In this document: positions 48,387 through 58,445 of the stretch, one piece after another | Layout: every line of letters starts with the position of its first letter | Numbering within the stretch: the first letter of the stretch is position 1 | Made by a program: the position numbers and the translations under genes | Notes under the pieces: model-generated | The model's database searches: none | Told to the model about the DNA's origin: nothing | Seen by the model: only the letters and a program-made list of their open reading frames with translations | Assembly (NCBI GenBank): GCA_964456225.1 | Contig: CAYWAV010000010.1 | Span: 1 to 63,952 of the forward strand | DNA: 63,952 nucleotides | Direction: 5' to 3' | Origin: an uncultured Chitinophaga sp. | Lineage (GTDB): Bacteria; Bacteroidota; Bacteroidia; 2-12-FULL-35-15

Positions 48387-49112
48387 TTAACGTCTATTTC
48401 GATGCAATTGGTAATATTTTATAAGCAAAACATCATATAGAAGCGCGATTGCCAAGAAGACAGAAGCCAAAATAAGAATCCCTAGGGACAAAACTGAATA
48501 TAAAAAACCACCGATAACACAACCAATAAAAAAACAAATGATAATGGCCAATCTCAGTTCGATGCTTTGCGTTAATTTTTGCCGCTGCTCTTTTCGTTTG
48601 TAAAAAAAGAGTTGAGATAATTCAATCCCTAAATCAGTGAATAAGCCAGTTAAGTGTGTCGTTCTTACCGTTGAATTTGAAATTTGCGTAACAAGAGAAT
48701 TTTGAACACCCATCGAAAACAAAAGAATGCCAGCTAAAACGGTCTCTGATAAGCCGTTTTTTATCATCAGACTTCCGCTAACACCGATAACGAACAGCAA
48801 GCTGATTTCTATAAACATAGGATATTTATGAGCGGAAGTCTTCCCTTTTTTTAGATAATATTCAGTAATAAAATTAGAACAGAAAGATCCAAGTAAAAAT
48901 GCAATAATTAACAACAAAAAGTTCATCGCAAGGCTGTAATGTTTCAAAATCAATTCTTCAGCAAAAAATGCAAAATGTCCAGTAACATTTGTAGTCAACA
49001 CTTTTAACTCTAAAACGCCTGTAATGTTTACTAAACCAGCAATAAACGAGAGCAATGCAGCCAATCGCAAATTGTGTTTAAATGTTCTGGTTTTACCTTT
49101 GTGACGAAGCAT
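48387..49112 (-). CDS. YoaK/DUF1275 family membrane protein
   Basis: AGLVN, TTNVTGH, MGVQN, VRTTHLTGLFTDLG motifs; ATG at 49112. Confidence 0.9.
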   Translation of the reverse strand: MLRHKGKTRTFKHNLRLAALLSFIAGLVNITGVLELKVLTTNVTGHFAFFAEELILKHYSLAMNFLLLIIAFLLGSFCSNFITEYYLKKGKTSAHKYPMFIEISLLFVIGVSGSLMIKNGLSETVLAGILLFSMGVQNSLVTQISNSTVRTTHLTGLFTDLGIELSQLFFYKRKEQRQKLTQSIELRLAIIICFFIGCVIGGFLYSVLSLGILILASVFLAIALLYDVLLIKYYQLHRNRR

Positions 49113-49162
49113 ACGAATTCGCAATAAAAAAAGCCACTTTCCAGTAGCCTTTAATTCAAAAT

Positions 49163-50569
49163 TTACCCTAATAATGTTTTTTCTACTGCTTTCAAAATAG
49201 CAAATGCTTTTTCAGTAGTTTCTGCTTCAGCATAGTTACGCAATACAGGCTCTGTTCCTGATGCACGAATCATCATCCATTCACCATTAGCAAAGAAATA
49301 TTTCCAACCGTCAATAGTTTCGATTCTTTCCACTTTATATGGACCAAAAGAAGAGTATTTATTGTTCTTGCAATTTTCTACAATTCCAACCTTTACTTCT
49401 TCTTTTAAATGCATATCGCTGCGTTCGAACTTGAATGCACCTACAATTTTATAAATCTCATCAATCAATTGATCCAATGTTTTTCCTGATTTCACCATGT
49501 ATTCCCAGATAGTTAATCCCATCCAAATTCCATCTCGCTCCGGAATGTGCCCTTTTATTGCGATACCGCCACTTTCTTCGCCACCCAACAATACATCTTC
49601 TGAAACCATTATTCCGGCAATGTATTTGAATCCGATTTTTGTAACCTGATATTCCAAACTATAATGCTCACACATTTTTTTTACTCTTGGGGTAACAGAA
49701 AATGCATTCACTACTTTTCCTGTCATTTTTTTCTGAGTTACCAAATAGTTAATCAATAATAAAATAATGTGATGAGAATCAACAAATTCTCCTTTACCAT
49801 TGTATAAACCAATTCTATCGGCATCTCCGTCAGTTGCTAATCCACAATCAATATCACCACTTTCTGAAATTAATGTAGAAAACGGAATTAAATTTTTATG
49901 AATTGGTTCTGGTGCTTGTCCTTCAAATCCTGGATTGTAATCGCAATGCAGAAACGTAATATCTGGTAACAATCTGCGCATTACATTCTGTCCAGCTCCA
50001 TACATGGCATCATATGCAAAATTCATTTTTGTATTGCGAATCGCATCCATATCAAAATTCTTCTCCACATGATCCACATACATTGTCTCTAAATCAACAT
50101 ATTCAATCATTCCTGCTTTTACAAAATCAGCTACAGAAAGGTTTTCTACATCAACATTATTAGTTGCAGGAATAATGTCTTCAATCTTTTGAATATCATC
50201 TGGTAACAACGGTCCGCCAAAATGACCTTTTAACTTGTAACCGTTATATGAAGGAGGATTGTGAGAAGCTGTAATAATTACACCTAAAGACGTTCCTAAT
50301 GTTTTTGCGGCCAATGAAATCATAGGCGTTGAAACGAAATCTTTAGCTAAATACACTTTAACACCAGCATTCGCCAATACTTTAGCAGTAGTTTCAGCAA
50401 ATAATTCTCCAGCGAATCTACAATCATGTCCAACAACAACGCTTGGTTTTCCAAAATTACTTTTCACCCATTCAGCAGTAGCTATGGTTACTCGCGCAAC
50501 ATTATCAACTGTAAAATCTTTCGCTATGATGGCTCTCCATCCGTCTGTTCCAAATTTAATTTTTGTCAT
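49163..50569 (-). CDS. Phosphoglucomutase/phosphomannomutase
   Basis: FGTDGWR, TASHNPP, DGDADR, GEESGG, RASGTEP motifs. Confidence 0.92.
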   Translation of the reverse strand: MTKIKFGTDGWRAIIAKDFTVDNVARVTIATAEWVKSNFGKPSVVVGHDCRFAGELFAETTAKVLANAGVKVYLAKDFVSTPMISLAAKTLGTSLGVIITASHNPPSYNGYKLKGHFGGPLLPDDIQKIEDIIPATNNVDVENLSVADFVKAGMIEYVDLETMYVDHVEKNFDMDAIRNTKMNFAYDAMYGAGQNVMRRLLPDITFLHCDYNPGFEGQAPEPIHKNLIPFSTLISESGDIDCGLATDGDADRIGLYNGKGEFVDSHHIILLLINYLVTQKKMTGKVVNAFSVTPRVKKMCEHYSLEYQVTKIGFKYIAGIMVSEDVLLGGEESGGIAIKGHIPERDGIWMGLTIWEYMVKSGKTLDQLIDEIYKIVGAFKFERSDMHLKEEVKVGIVENCKNNKYSSFGPYKVERIETIDGWKYFFANGEWMMIRASGTEPVLRNYAEAETTEKAFAILKAVEKTLLG

Positions 50570-50660
50570 AAAGTTTTATTTAAAGGGCAAATATAATGTT
50601 TATCTTCTTTTAATGATAATCTGCAAATTTAAACATATAGACACATTCATTTACAATTTG

Positions 50661-50700
50661 CTCTGCGGCACTCTGCGTTTTCTCCTTTTTTCTCTGCGGT
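50661..50700. repeat. CTCTGCG 10-bp-period micro-array (GCAGAG on the mltG sense strand)
   Basis: ctctgcggca ctctgcgttt tctccttttt tctctgcggt. Confidence 0.6.
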
Positions 50701-50717
50701 AAAAAATATTGTGTAGC

Positions 50718-51773
50718 TCAATGTATATTCTTTGAATTTAAAGCATCTCTATACTTTTTAGCATACACACAATGTTGCTCATAGTTCTTAGCAAAATAAT
50801 GCTTCCCCGACAAATCCTCCTTTGCACACATGTATATATAATCACTCTTCTCATAATTCAAAACAGCATCAATGGACGATTGTTGAGCAAACCCAATTGG
50901 TCCAGGAGGCAAACCTTCGTTTACATAAGTATTGTATGGGGAGTTATAACGAGTTTGTTCAGTCGAAACACGTTTAATTGTAAAATCACCAATGGCAAAG
51001 ATCACTGTTGGATCCGACTGCAAAGGCATTTTATCCTTCAAACGATTAATGTACAAACCAGCAATTATTTTTTTCTCTTCATTATCGCAACACTGTTCTC
51101 CCTGAACAATAGAAGCTAAAGTCATTACTTCTGTTTGTGAATAGCCAATCGTTTTTGCTTTTGATTTTCTCTCTTCATTCCAAAAAAATTTGTATTCCTT
51201 TGCCATTCTTTCAAAAAACTGGTCTACAGAAGTATTCCAATAAAACTCATACGTATTTGGAATAAACAAAGCTTGAATATTGTCTTGATTAAAACCATAT
51301 TTACTCAAATAACCATTGTCTCTGAGGGCTTGTTTTAAAGCATTTGAATCGGCTTCAATTCTTCTTCCAACACGTGAAACAAATTCATCAACTGTATGCA
51401 ATCCATTAAAATTGATTTTGATTGGTTCTTGAATTCCTGCTCTTAGCAAATTTACAAGCGCATTATTACTCATCTTTGCCAGAATTCTATACTTACCAGG
51501 CTTTATATTATTCTTGTACTTTTTCTTTTCAGCAAGAAGCTCGAACGTAGAACGATTTTTAAGAATATTGTTTTCACCCAAAATGCGAATAACATCTTCA
51601 AATGTAGATCCCGTAGGAATGTATATAATCTCCGATTTCTTATCCCCCAAACTAACATTCGACTGGTAAATAGTTTTATAGGCATAATAGCCACCTACTC
51701 CACCTACTACAATGATTATAAGTAGCGCAGCAATAACTATTTTTTTTAGAAATGATGATTTTCCTTTTGCCAT
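50718..51773 (-). CDS. mltG: Endolytic transglycosylase MltG
   Basis: N-terminal TM, FIPNTYEFYW, LASIVQGE, LQSDPT, SPYNTY...GLPPGPI motifs. Confidence 0.95.
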   Translation of the reverse strand: MAKGKSSFLKKIVIAALLIIIVVGGVGGYYAYKTIYQSNVSLGDKKSEIIYIPTGSTFEDVIRILGENNILKNRSTFELLAEKKKYKNNIKPGKYRILAKMSNNALVNLLRAGIQEPIKINFNGLHTVDEFVSRVGRRIEADSNALKQALRDNGYLSKYGFNQDNIQALFIPNTYEFYWNTSVDQFFERMAKEYKFFWNEERKSKAKTIGYSQTEVMTLASIVQGEQCCDNEEKKIIAGLYINRLKDKMPLQSDPTVIFAIGDFTIKRVSTEQTRYNSPYNTYVNEGLPPGPIGFAQQSSIDAVLNYEKSDYIYMCAKEDLSGKHYFAKNYEQHCVYAKKYRDALNSKNIH

Positions 51774-51804
51774 TTTTTCTTTTAAATCAAGAATAACAAA
51801 TATA

Positions 51805-53838
51805 TTACTTTAAGCCTTTCAACTGACTTAAAACCATCTTTGCCTGTTCTTGTTTAGGATTCTTTTTAAGTACTTGTTTTAAAATTTCTTCTGCCTCACG
51901 ATATTTTTTTTGATAAATTTTTAATCCTGCAACATTCATTAACAAGGATTCATAATCAGGATCTAATTTTAATGCTCTTTTATAAAACTCTTCTGCTTTT
52001 GTTGCATTGCCTGAAACTAAATTTACATAACCTAAATTGTTAAGCGCTGGAACATAATTAGGATTTTCATTTATAATTGCATTTAAAATAGCAATTGCTT
52101 CATCATGTTTTTTCAAGCCCATCAGGGTTGCTGCATATTTGTTTTTAAATTCAGGATTAAGTGGTGCCAAATCTGTAGCTATTTTAAAGAAACTTAATGC
52201 TGACGAAAAATCGCCTAAATTATAATAAGATTCACCAATTCTATAGGCTGTCCATGCATTCCCATTATCAATACTTACCCTGCTAAAAGTTTGTTTAAAC
52301 TTTTCATAACCACCAATTTGATTTAAATAACCAATGACTTTTGCGTATTCTAATTTGATAAAATTTAAATGAATCAATAATTCAAAATTTCGCTCAACAT
52401 CCGCTTTTGTTTTGTCAGATAAATAAAAGGCAGCAGAATCTAAATACTCCGCTTTGTATTCAAACTTATCGTACTGCTGGATATAGGCTTTCGCTTTTGT
52501 ATAATTACTCGGATTCTTCTCGTTTATTGCATACAAGCCAATAAATTCTTTTACTTTCTGTACTTCTTCCTTCTTCATCGGCTTGCGAATGTAATGATCG
52601 TGCACACTCACATGAGGAATATCTATGGAGCCAGAATTCGGCATGTGGCAACTCACACAATTATTTTTCACTTTAGCTCGCACTGTTTCTTTTTCGGAGC
52701 ACAAACCGTTTTTTGTAGTTGCACTGTGACAATTTTTACAAGCTGTATTGAATATTTCTTTTCCTGTTGTTTTTACACTTACGTGAGGATTATGGCATGT
52801 TACACAAGTCAACGAATTCTTATATGGACGTAAGGATGATTTGTCTGTTTCTTCTTTATAACTGTTGATAAAACATTTACTTTGTTTTAAGCGATCGGCA
52901 TGAGAAGCCATAATAAATTCATCGTCTGCATTTTTGTAACGAGGTAAAAAAGTAGTCATGTAATCCGAAAGCTTCATACCGGGCTTAAAATCAAAGAATG
53001 ATTTTCCTTCTTTCAAAACGGTGTTTCCCTGTAAATGACAGCGCTGACAAACATCAAACTGCAGATCAATGGATAGCTTTCCCGGGTTTACAATGGAGTA
53101 ATCGATGTATTTGGAAGTGTCGATTTTTGCTCCGGTAGAACGCTGTTCAATGTGAATACTTCCCGGACCGTGACAACGTTCACAACTCACGCCTTCCGGT
53201 AAAGCATTGAACTTATTTTCGGAGCCTTGTGCAAAGTCGGGCAATGAATTGTGACAACTCATGCATTCCAATCCGATCTTGCGCGAAAAACGTGTGTTAA
53301 AACCATTTTCAAACCCTGGAGGGAAATCCCATTTTTGTTTTTGAGTATAATACGTCATCGGCATTTGATGCAAATAACCATTCGTGTTATAAATGTGTGA
53401 ATTGGTATGATGTCCGGAACCAATAATGTAATCAACCTTTTCGATGCGTTTATAAATTGTGTCCTTCCCTTTCATACGAAACTCCAGTATTTTCAAACTA
53501 TCCTTATCCCAAAACGGATGATAATAAAAATCCTGAAACTTATCGTAGATAACTGTATGCTCCGAAAATTTTGCAGAGCTTTTTTCTTTGCTTGCATGGT
53601 CGAAACTTTTTCCCATTCCTGTTTCGATGTAGGAGTTGTAAATATCCTGGTGACAAAGTTTGCACTGTCCCATCCCAACATATTTGGCGGAATCAGAATG
53701 GTTTAAATAAACATTTTCGGAAGTGGTCTTTTCTATGATTGCTTCTTTAGGGGAATTATCGCCACAATAAACAATTGTAAGTATAACAACTGAGAATAGT
53801 GTAAGGGAAAGTATATTGCGAATGGAAAATTTCATCAT
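51805..53838 (-). CDS. Multiheme c-type cytochrome (7 CxxCH) with C-terminal TPR domain
   Basis: CKLCH, CMSCH, CERCH, CQRCH, CVTCH, CKNCH, CVSCH; N-terminal signal/possible lipobox; C-terminal TPRs. Confidence 0.9.
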   Translation of the reverse strand: MMKFSIRNILSLTLFSVVILTIVYCGDNSPKEAIIEKTTSENVYLNHSDSAKYVGMGQCKLCHQDIYNSYIETGMGKSFDHASKEKSSAKFSEHTVIYDKFQDFYYHPFWDKDSLKILEFRMKGKDTIYKRIEKVDYIIGSGHHTNSHIYNTNGYLHQMPMTYYTQKQKWDFPPGFENGFNTRFSRKIGLECMSCHNSLPDFAQGSENKFNALPEGVSCERCHGPGSIHIEQRSTGAKIDTSKYIDYSIVNPGKLSIDLQFDVCQRCHLQGNTVLKEGKSFFDFKPGMKLSDYMTTFLPRYKNADDEFIMASHADRLKQSKCFINSYKEETDKSSLRPYKNSLTCVTCHNPHVSVKTTGKEIFNTACKNCHSATTKNGLCSEKETVRAKVKNNCVSCHMPNSGSIDIPHVSVHDHYIRKPMKKEEVQKVKEFIGLYAINEKNPSNYTKAKAYIQQYDKFEYKAEYLDSAAFYLSDKTKADVERNFELLIHLNFIKLEYAKVIGYLNQIGGYEKFKQTFSRVSIDNGNAWTAYRIGESYYNLGDFSSALSFFKIATDLAPLNPEFKNKYAATLMGLKKHDEAIAILNAIINENPNYVPALNNLGYVNLVSGNATKAEEFYKRALKLDPDYESLLMNVAGLKIYQKKYREAEEILKQVLKKNPKQEQAKMVLSQLKGLK

Positions 53839-53851
53839 TATTTCATCTCAC

Positions 53852-53912
53852 AGTCTTCGACTCCGCTCAGACTGACTGATACAAACCTCACACTGAGCGG
53901 AGTCGAATGTGT
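53852..53912. repeat. Inverted REP doublet
   Basis: agtcttcgactccgctcagactgac and ctcacactgagcggagtcgaatgtgt about 10 bp apart. Confidence 0.85.
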
Positions 53913-53929
53913 GGTCTAGTCATATTTGT

Positions 53930-54451
53930 TTACCCTCTTATCTTCTGTAGCAACAATTCATCTTTGAATTTATCACCATCGCGCACCCATTGCTTTTTCA
54001 TACCTGTGATCTGGAAACCATGTTTTTGAAACAGAAGCACACTTGCCTCGTTGTCGATGGTTACATTACAATACAATTGATGTAAATTTAAAACGGAAAA
54101 ACAATAATCTATTAACACTGTTAACGCGTCAAAGGCATATCCTTTTTTTCTATCTGATTTTTCAGCAATTAAAATGCCGATTCCTGCACGTAAATGTGTT
54201 GGATCAAAATCAAATAAATCAATGCTTCCAACAGCTCTACCCTCTTCATTGCAAATAATTAAACGCAATTGTTTAACGGAATATATATCTTGATGTGCGC
54301 TCGCAATGTACTGTTCCAAAACGAAGCGCGAATAAGGCGTTTGCGTATTGCTAACACTCCATGTTTCTGTATCGTTCTCCCATTTATACAGCAAATCAAT
54401 ATCAGAAGGCTCAATGGCACGCAAAGAAATATGTTGACCTTTTAACTTCAT
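53930..54451 (-). CDS. GNAT family N-acetyltransferase (RimJ/SpeG-like)
   Basis: LRAIEPSD, GSIDLFDFD, RAGIGILI, NLHQLY, NEAS..LF motifs. Confidence 0.92.
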   Translation of the reverse strand: MKLKGQHISLRAIEPSDIDLLYKWENDTETWSVSNTQTPYSRFVLEQYIASAHQDIYSVKQLRLIICNEEGRAVGSIDLFDFDPTHLRAGIGILIAEKSDRKKGYAFDALTVLIDYCFSVLNLHQLYCNVTIDNEASVLLFQKHGFQITGMKKQWVRDGDKFKDELLLQKIRG

Positions 54452-55008
54452 TAGGATTGAGGATTAAACTCTTTTCTCACAGATTCAATTCCTGCATTAA
54501 TTTCTTTGTTGGTGTATACAGGCAATTCATACTTCTTCTCATCTATATTCAAAGAAAATATAGATTCTATCAATCCTTCAGACTCCAACACAGGAAGTAA
54601 TTCAAACAAATAATTCACCCCCTTCATTGGCACATTGTACACTTCTTCAAAAAACAATTTTATCGGACTCAAGCAAGTAGCAACACCAATATCTACTCTT
54701 TCGAACTGCTGAACGTTTGTGATAAAATGTTCTCGCAAATAAATATCACTAAATGTAGGATGAGATTTTATTTTAACAAAAAGAGAAGGAATTTTTCGGA
54801 TAGTGGAATTCTTAATTAATGCAGCAATTGGAGTATTTATATCCTGACCTTTAATGGAAAGTGAATGATACGATTTATCTGCAATTATTCCAATGTGTGG
54901 AGGAATGCGAGTAGCGTGAAGCACCGTAATGTATAAGCCTTTCGATAAATCTTGCTCCGCAAACGACTTATCAATTTTGATTTTATATGTTAGTCCTTGC
55001 TGAATCAT
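54451..55008 (-). CDS. Hypothetical protein, possible permuted papain-like (His before Cys) enzyme
   Basis: 185 aa, translationally coupled to dapF and GNAT; PPHIGII and TCLSPI segments. Confidence 0.6.
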   Translation of the reverse strand: MIQQGLTYKIKIDKSFAEQDLSKGLYITVLHATRIPPHIGIIADKSYHSLSIKGQDINTPIAALIKNSTIRKIPSLFVKIKSHPTFSDIYLREHFITNVQQFERVDIGVATCLSPIKLFFEEVYNVPMKGVNYLFELLPVLESEGLIESIFSLNIDEKKYELPVYTNKEINAGIESVRKEFNPQS

Positions 55009-55790
55009 TAAACATTAACTTCTCCTTTAAAAACAAATTTAGCCGGACCTTCCAACCAAATATCTGTAAACGAATTGTCTTCATGTTGGGTAAAATTCAC
55101 TTTCAAGTTTCCTCCCAATGTTTTTACATCACAATAATCCATTGCTGTTGAAACATTCTTTAAGGCGGCAACCAAAGCTGCTGCAGTTACACCTGTTCCA
55201 CAAGAATACGTTTCGTCTTCAACACCACGTTCGTAAGTACGCACAAACAATTCGTTCAATTCTTTTTCTACAAAATTAACGTTGGTTCCTTTGTCTTTAA
55301 ATCGATCGTTGTTTCTTATTTTTTTACCTTCTTCAAAAACCTTGTAATTTTTCACATCATTTACAAAAGCAACATAATGAGGAGAACCGGTATTTAAAAA
55401 GGAAAAACCCGCATTCATTTCCACCTTTGAAACATTGTTCATCTTCAAACTAATATAATCGGTGTTCACCAAAGCTTCGTGTTCTCCGTCTGATGCTAAA
55501 AAAAGTGCCTTGGCTTTTACTAATCCCAAAGTTCTCGCATACTCAACGATACAACGTCCGCCATTCCCACACATACTGCTTTCGTTTCCATCGGAATTGT
55601 AGTAAACCATTTCAAAATCATAACCGATTTTTGATTGCAAAAGCATCAATCCATCCGCCCCAACTCCAAATCTTCGATCACACAACTTTGCTACTAAAGC
55701 ATTATCGCTACGATTGAATTTCAGATCACGGTTATCAATTATGATAAAATCATTTCCGGTTCCCTGATATTTATTAAATGAAATAGTCAT
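55008..55790 (-). CDS. dapF: Diaminopimelate epimerase
   Basis: KYQGTGNDF, GVGADGL, MCGNGGRC, TGSPH, ERGVEDETYSCGTG motifs. Confidence 0.97.
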   Translation of the reverse strand: MTISFNKYQGTGNDFIIIDNRDLKFNRSDNALVAKLCDRRFGVGADGLMLLQSKIGYDFEMVYYNSDGNESSMCGNGGRCIVEYARTLGLVKAKALFLASDGEHEALVNTDYISLKMNNVSKVEMNAGFSFLNTGSPHYVAFVNDVKNYKVFEEGKKIRNNDRFKDKGTNVNFVEKELNELFVRTYERGVEDETYSCGTGVTAAALVAALKNVSTAMDYCDVKTLGGNLKVNFTQHEDNSFTDIWLEGPAKFVFKGEVNV

Positions 55791-55791
55791 T

Positions 55792-56496
55792 TTATTTTAA
55801 ACGATTAAGAATGGATTCGTCTGAGATTCTTTCATATGGCTTAAACTCACCTGTTGGGTCAATTCGGTATACAAAAGATGAATTTTTAAAATACAGCACA
55901 TCATCCAATTTAAATATTTTCAAACCTTCTGGAGATGACACACCGTAAACTATTAATTTGTACTTACTCATTTTATAACCTTTGTAATTTAATGGTGACG
56001 ACCAAAACTCAATATTAAAATAGTGTTTTGATGTATTTCTATCTTCCTTTATTCCACTTACTTTTTGAAGCAATGAATCCTTTGCATTCATTTTCGCAAC
56101 AGGATCCAAGTTTATCACTTCCAATGTTTTTGTGGAAAGCAACTCATCCTTTCGAACCACTACTCCATCTATACTTGGGTTTTCAAGCGTCAATGAGTCT
56201 TTTGCGATTTTGGTTGTATCTACAGTTGGTGTTTTTTCATCTTCGCCAAACTTATCCACTGTAATAACTCCTTCTTTTTTCTTTTTCTTGACTTCTTTGG
56301 TTTCAGGAACAACTTCTTCGTTTGAATTCGCTTCAGCTTTTTTTGTATCAGAAGAAAATGTATTCGAAACCGATTTATAAAAACTCAACTCTTTAAAATA
56401 ATCGTCCAGTTTAAAAATAAAAAAACCACCGGCAACAATTAGTCCGACTAAAATACCGATAATAAAACCGTATGATTTTTCTTTAAAACTGCTCAT
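55792..56496 (-). CDS. Hypothetical protein with N-terminal membrane anchor
   Basis: Hydrophobic N-terminal helix, charged linker, C-terminal FWSSPLNYKGYKM...LIVYG domain. Confidence 0.75.
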   Translation of the reverse strand: MSSFKEKSYGFIIGILVGLIVAGGFFIFKLDDYFKELSFYKSVSNTFSSDTKKAEANSNEEVVPETKEVKKKKKEGVITVDKFGEDEKTPTVDTTKIAKDSLTLENPSIDGVVVRKDELLSTKTLEVINLDPVAKMNAKDSLLQKVSGIKEDRNTSKHYFNIEFWSSPLNYKGYKMSKYKLIVYGVSSPEGLKIFKLDDVLYFKNSSFVYRIDPTGEFKPYERISDESILNRLK

Positions 56497-56715
56497 TAAA
56501 TTATATTACTGCAAGTGTGTGTTTTTAATATTTGTGTAAAGTTAAACAACCTTTGCAAACGGCTGTTAAAGTATGTTAAAAATAAATGACAAAAATAATA
56601 TGGGAACAAAATTTGTGTTACTATTTTTAGCTAAATTTCGTTATATTAAAAACTTTAAAAAACAGAGAATATGAAATATGAAATATTCATGAATCCCATA
56701 AAAAAAACAGCAAAA

Positions 56716-58185
56716 ATGAGTAAAAAGATTTTAGGAGTATTTACTATCGCAGGAATTGGTGGATTAACCGCCCTTGGTCTTAATCACCTTTTAAGCATTC
56801 AATCAAACAATCAAGTATCTCAATTAGAATATCAAGCGCCTGTAAGCTATGTAAAACTGCCTGGCGCCAACGCTCCGGAACTAGCGGTAGATTTTACAAC
56901 AGCTGCTGCCTCTTCGGTTCATTCCGTAGTAAACGTAAAAACAACCTACCCGATTGAAACACAAAATCCTTATTTATATGACCCTTTCCGTGATTTTTTC
57001 GGATTACATGGTCAACGTCAACCACAACAAGCTCCTCAATCAACTGGTTCAGGAGTCGTTATTTCTCAGGATGGCTATATCATTACAAACAACCACGTGG
57101 TAGATGGAGCCGATAAAATAGAAATCACTTTAAATGATAAAAGAAGCTATACCGCTGAAGTTATTGGCAAAGATCCTTCAACAGACTTAGCCCTGCTTAA
57201 AATCAAGGAAGAAGGTTTGGAGTTTATCAATTATGGCAACTCCGACAATGTAAAGGTGGGCGAATGGGTACTGGCTGTTGGAAACCCTTTTAATTTAAAT
57301 TCTACTGTAACTGCAGGGATTATAAGTGCAAAAGGAAGGAATATTAATATTTTGGCAAACGACAGAGAAAAAGGACAATTCCCTGTTGAGGCTTACTTAC
57401 AGACAGATGCAGCAGTAAACCCCGGAAACAGTGGCGGAGCTTTGGTAAATGCAAAAGGAGAATTGGTTGGAATTAACTCTGCTATTGCATCCACGACAGG
57501 TTCATACACAGGTTATTCATTTGCCATCCCGGTTAATTTAGCCAGAAAAGTAGTAGCTGATTTATTGGAATTTGGGCAAGTACAGCGCGCATTTATCGGA
57601 TTGCTTATTCAAGATTTAGATGGGAAATTGGCCAAAGAAAAAAGCATTACTGCAATTAAAGGCGTATACATTAAAGGAATTGTAGAGGGTGGTGCTGGAG
57701 CGGAAGCAGGAATAAAAGAAGGTGACGTAATTACTAAAATCGGAGAAACGGAAGTGAACAATCAGCCGGAGTTGCTCGAACAAATTGGCAGATACCGTCC
57801 TGGCAATAAAGTAAATATTACCTTGAATAGAAACAACCAAGAAAAAGTAATGGCGGTTGTTTTGAAAAACAAAGATGGAAATACAGATGTTGTTCTGAAA
57901 CCTAAAGTTGAAGTTATTTCTGCACTAGGAGCTTCTTTTGAAGATGTTACTAAAGATGAAATGAAAAAACTTAGCATTGAGCACGGCTTAAAGGTGGCTA
58001 AACTTGGTGCAGGGAAATTATTAAGTGCTGGAATAAAAGAAGGATTTATTATCACAAGTGTTGATAAGAAAAAAATTGCAACGATTGAAGATATAAAAGC
58101 AACCCTTGAAACAAAAAAAGGCGGAGTGCTAATAGAAGGAATTTATCCTAATGGCATGAGAGCCTACTATGGTTTCGGTCTTTAA
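56716..58185 (+). CDS. degP: DegP/HtrA (Do family) serine endoprotease with two PDZ domains
   Basis: GSGV, TNNHVV, TDLALLK, QTDAAVNPGNSGG catalytic motifs; ATG at 56716 preferred. Confidence 0.93.
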   Translation: MSKKILGVFTIAGIGGLTALGLNHLLSIQSNNQVSQLEYQAPVSYVKLPGANAPELAVDFTTAAASSVHSVVNVKTTYPIETQNPYLYDPFRDFFGLHGQRQPQQAPQSTGSGVVISQDGYIITNNHVVDGADKIEITLNDKRSYTAEVIGKDPSTDLALLKIKEEGLEFINYGNSDNVKVGEWVLAVGNPFNLNSTVTAGIISAKGRNINILANDREKGQFPVEAYLQTDAAVNPGNSGGALVNAKGELVGINSAIASTTGSYTGYSFAIPVNLARKVVADLLEFGQVQRAFIGLLIQDLDGKLAKEKSITAIKGVYIKGIVEGGAGAEAGIKEGDVITKIGETEVNNQPELLEQIGRYRPGNKVNITLNRNNQEKVMAVVLKNKDGNTDVVLKPKVEVISALGASFEDVTKDEMKKLSIEHGLKVAKLGAGKLLSAGIKEGFIITSVDKKKIATIEDIKATLETKKGGVLIEGIYPNGMRAYYGFGL

Positions 58186-58374
58186 AAAATTTCAATACAC
58201 ATCTGTCTTAAAGCAGACAGGTGTGTTGAAAAATTGAACATCTTTTTTACCAACAGCGACAAGGTATTTTATCGACAATAAAAGGCACTTTATGGTTCCT
58301 TTTTACGACTCAGTCTAATTATTTCTAAATTATTAACAATCAGTGAGTTCCAAAAGTTATTTTAAGATGAAATA

Positions 58375-58407
58375 TTTGTAAAAACAAAGAGTTATAGAGT
58401 ACCTTTG
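58375..58407 (+). promoter_or_regulatory. Bacteroidota sigma-A promoter (-33/-7) of rpoD
   Basis: TTTG (58375-58378), 21-bp spacer, TACCTTTG (58400-58407). Confidence 0.75.
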
Positions 58408-58445
58408 CAAAAGAATTCATCACCATATAAAATCAAAAAAGTCTT

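Noticed and set aside
58191-58230. Intrinsic terminator after degP
   Set aside because: A clear hairpin exists but it has no T tract on the plus strand, so it was not called as a terminator.
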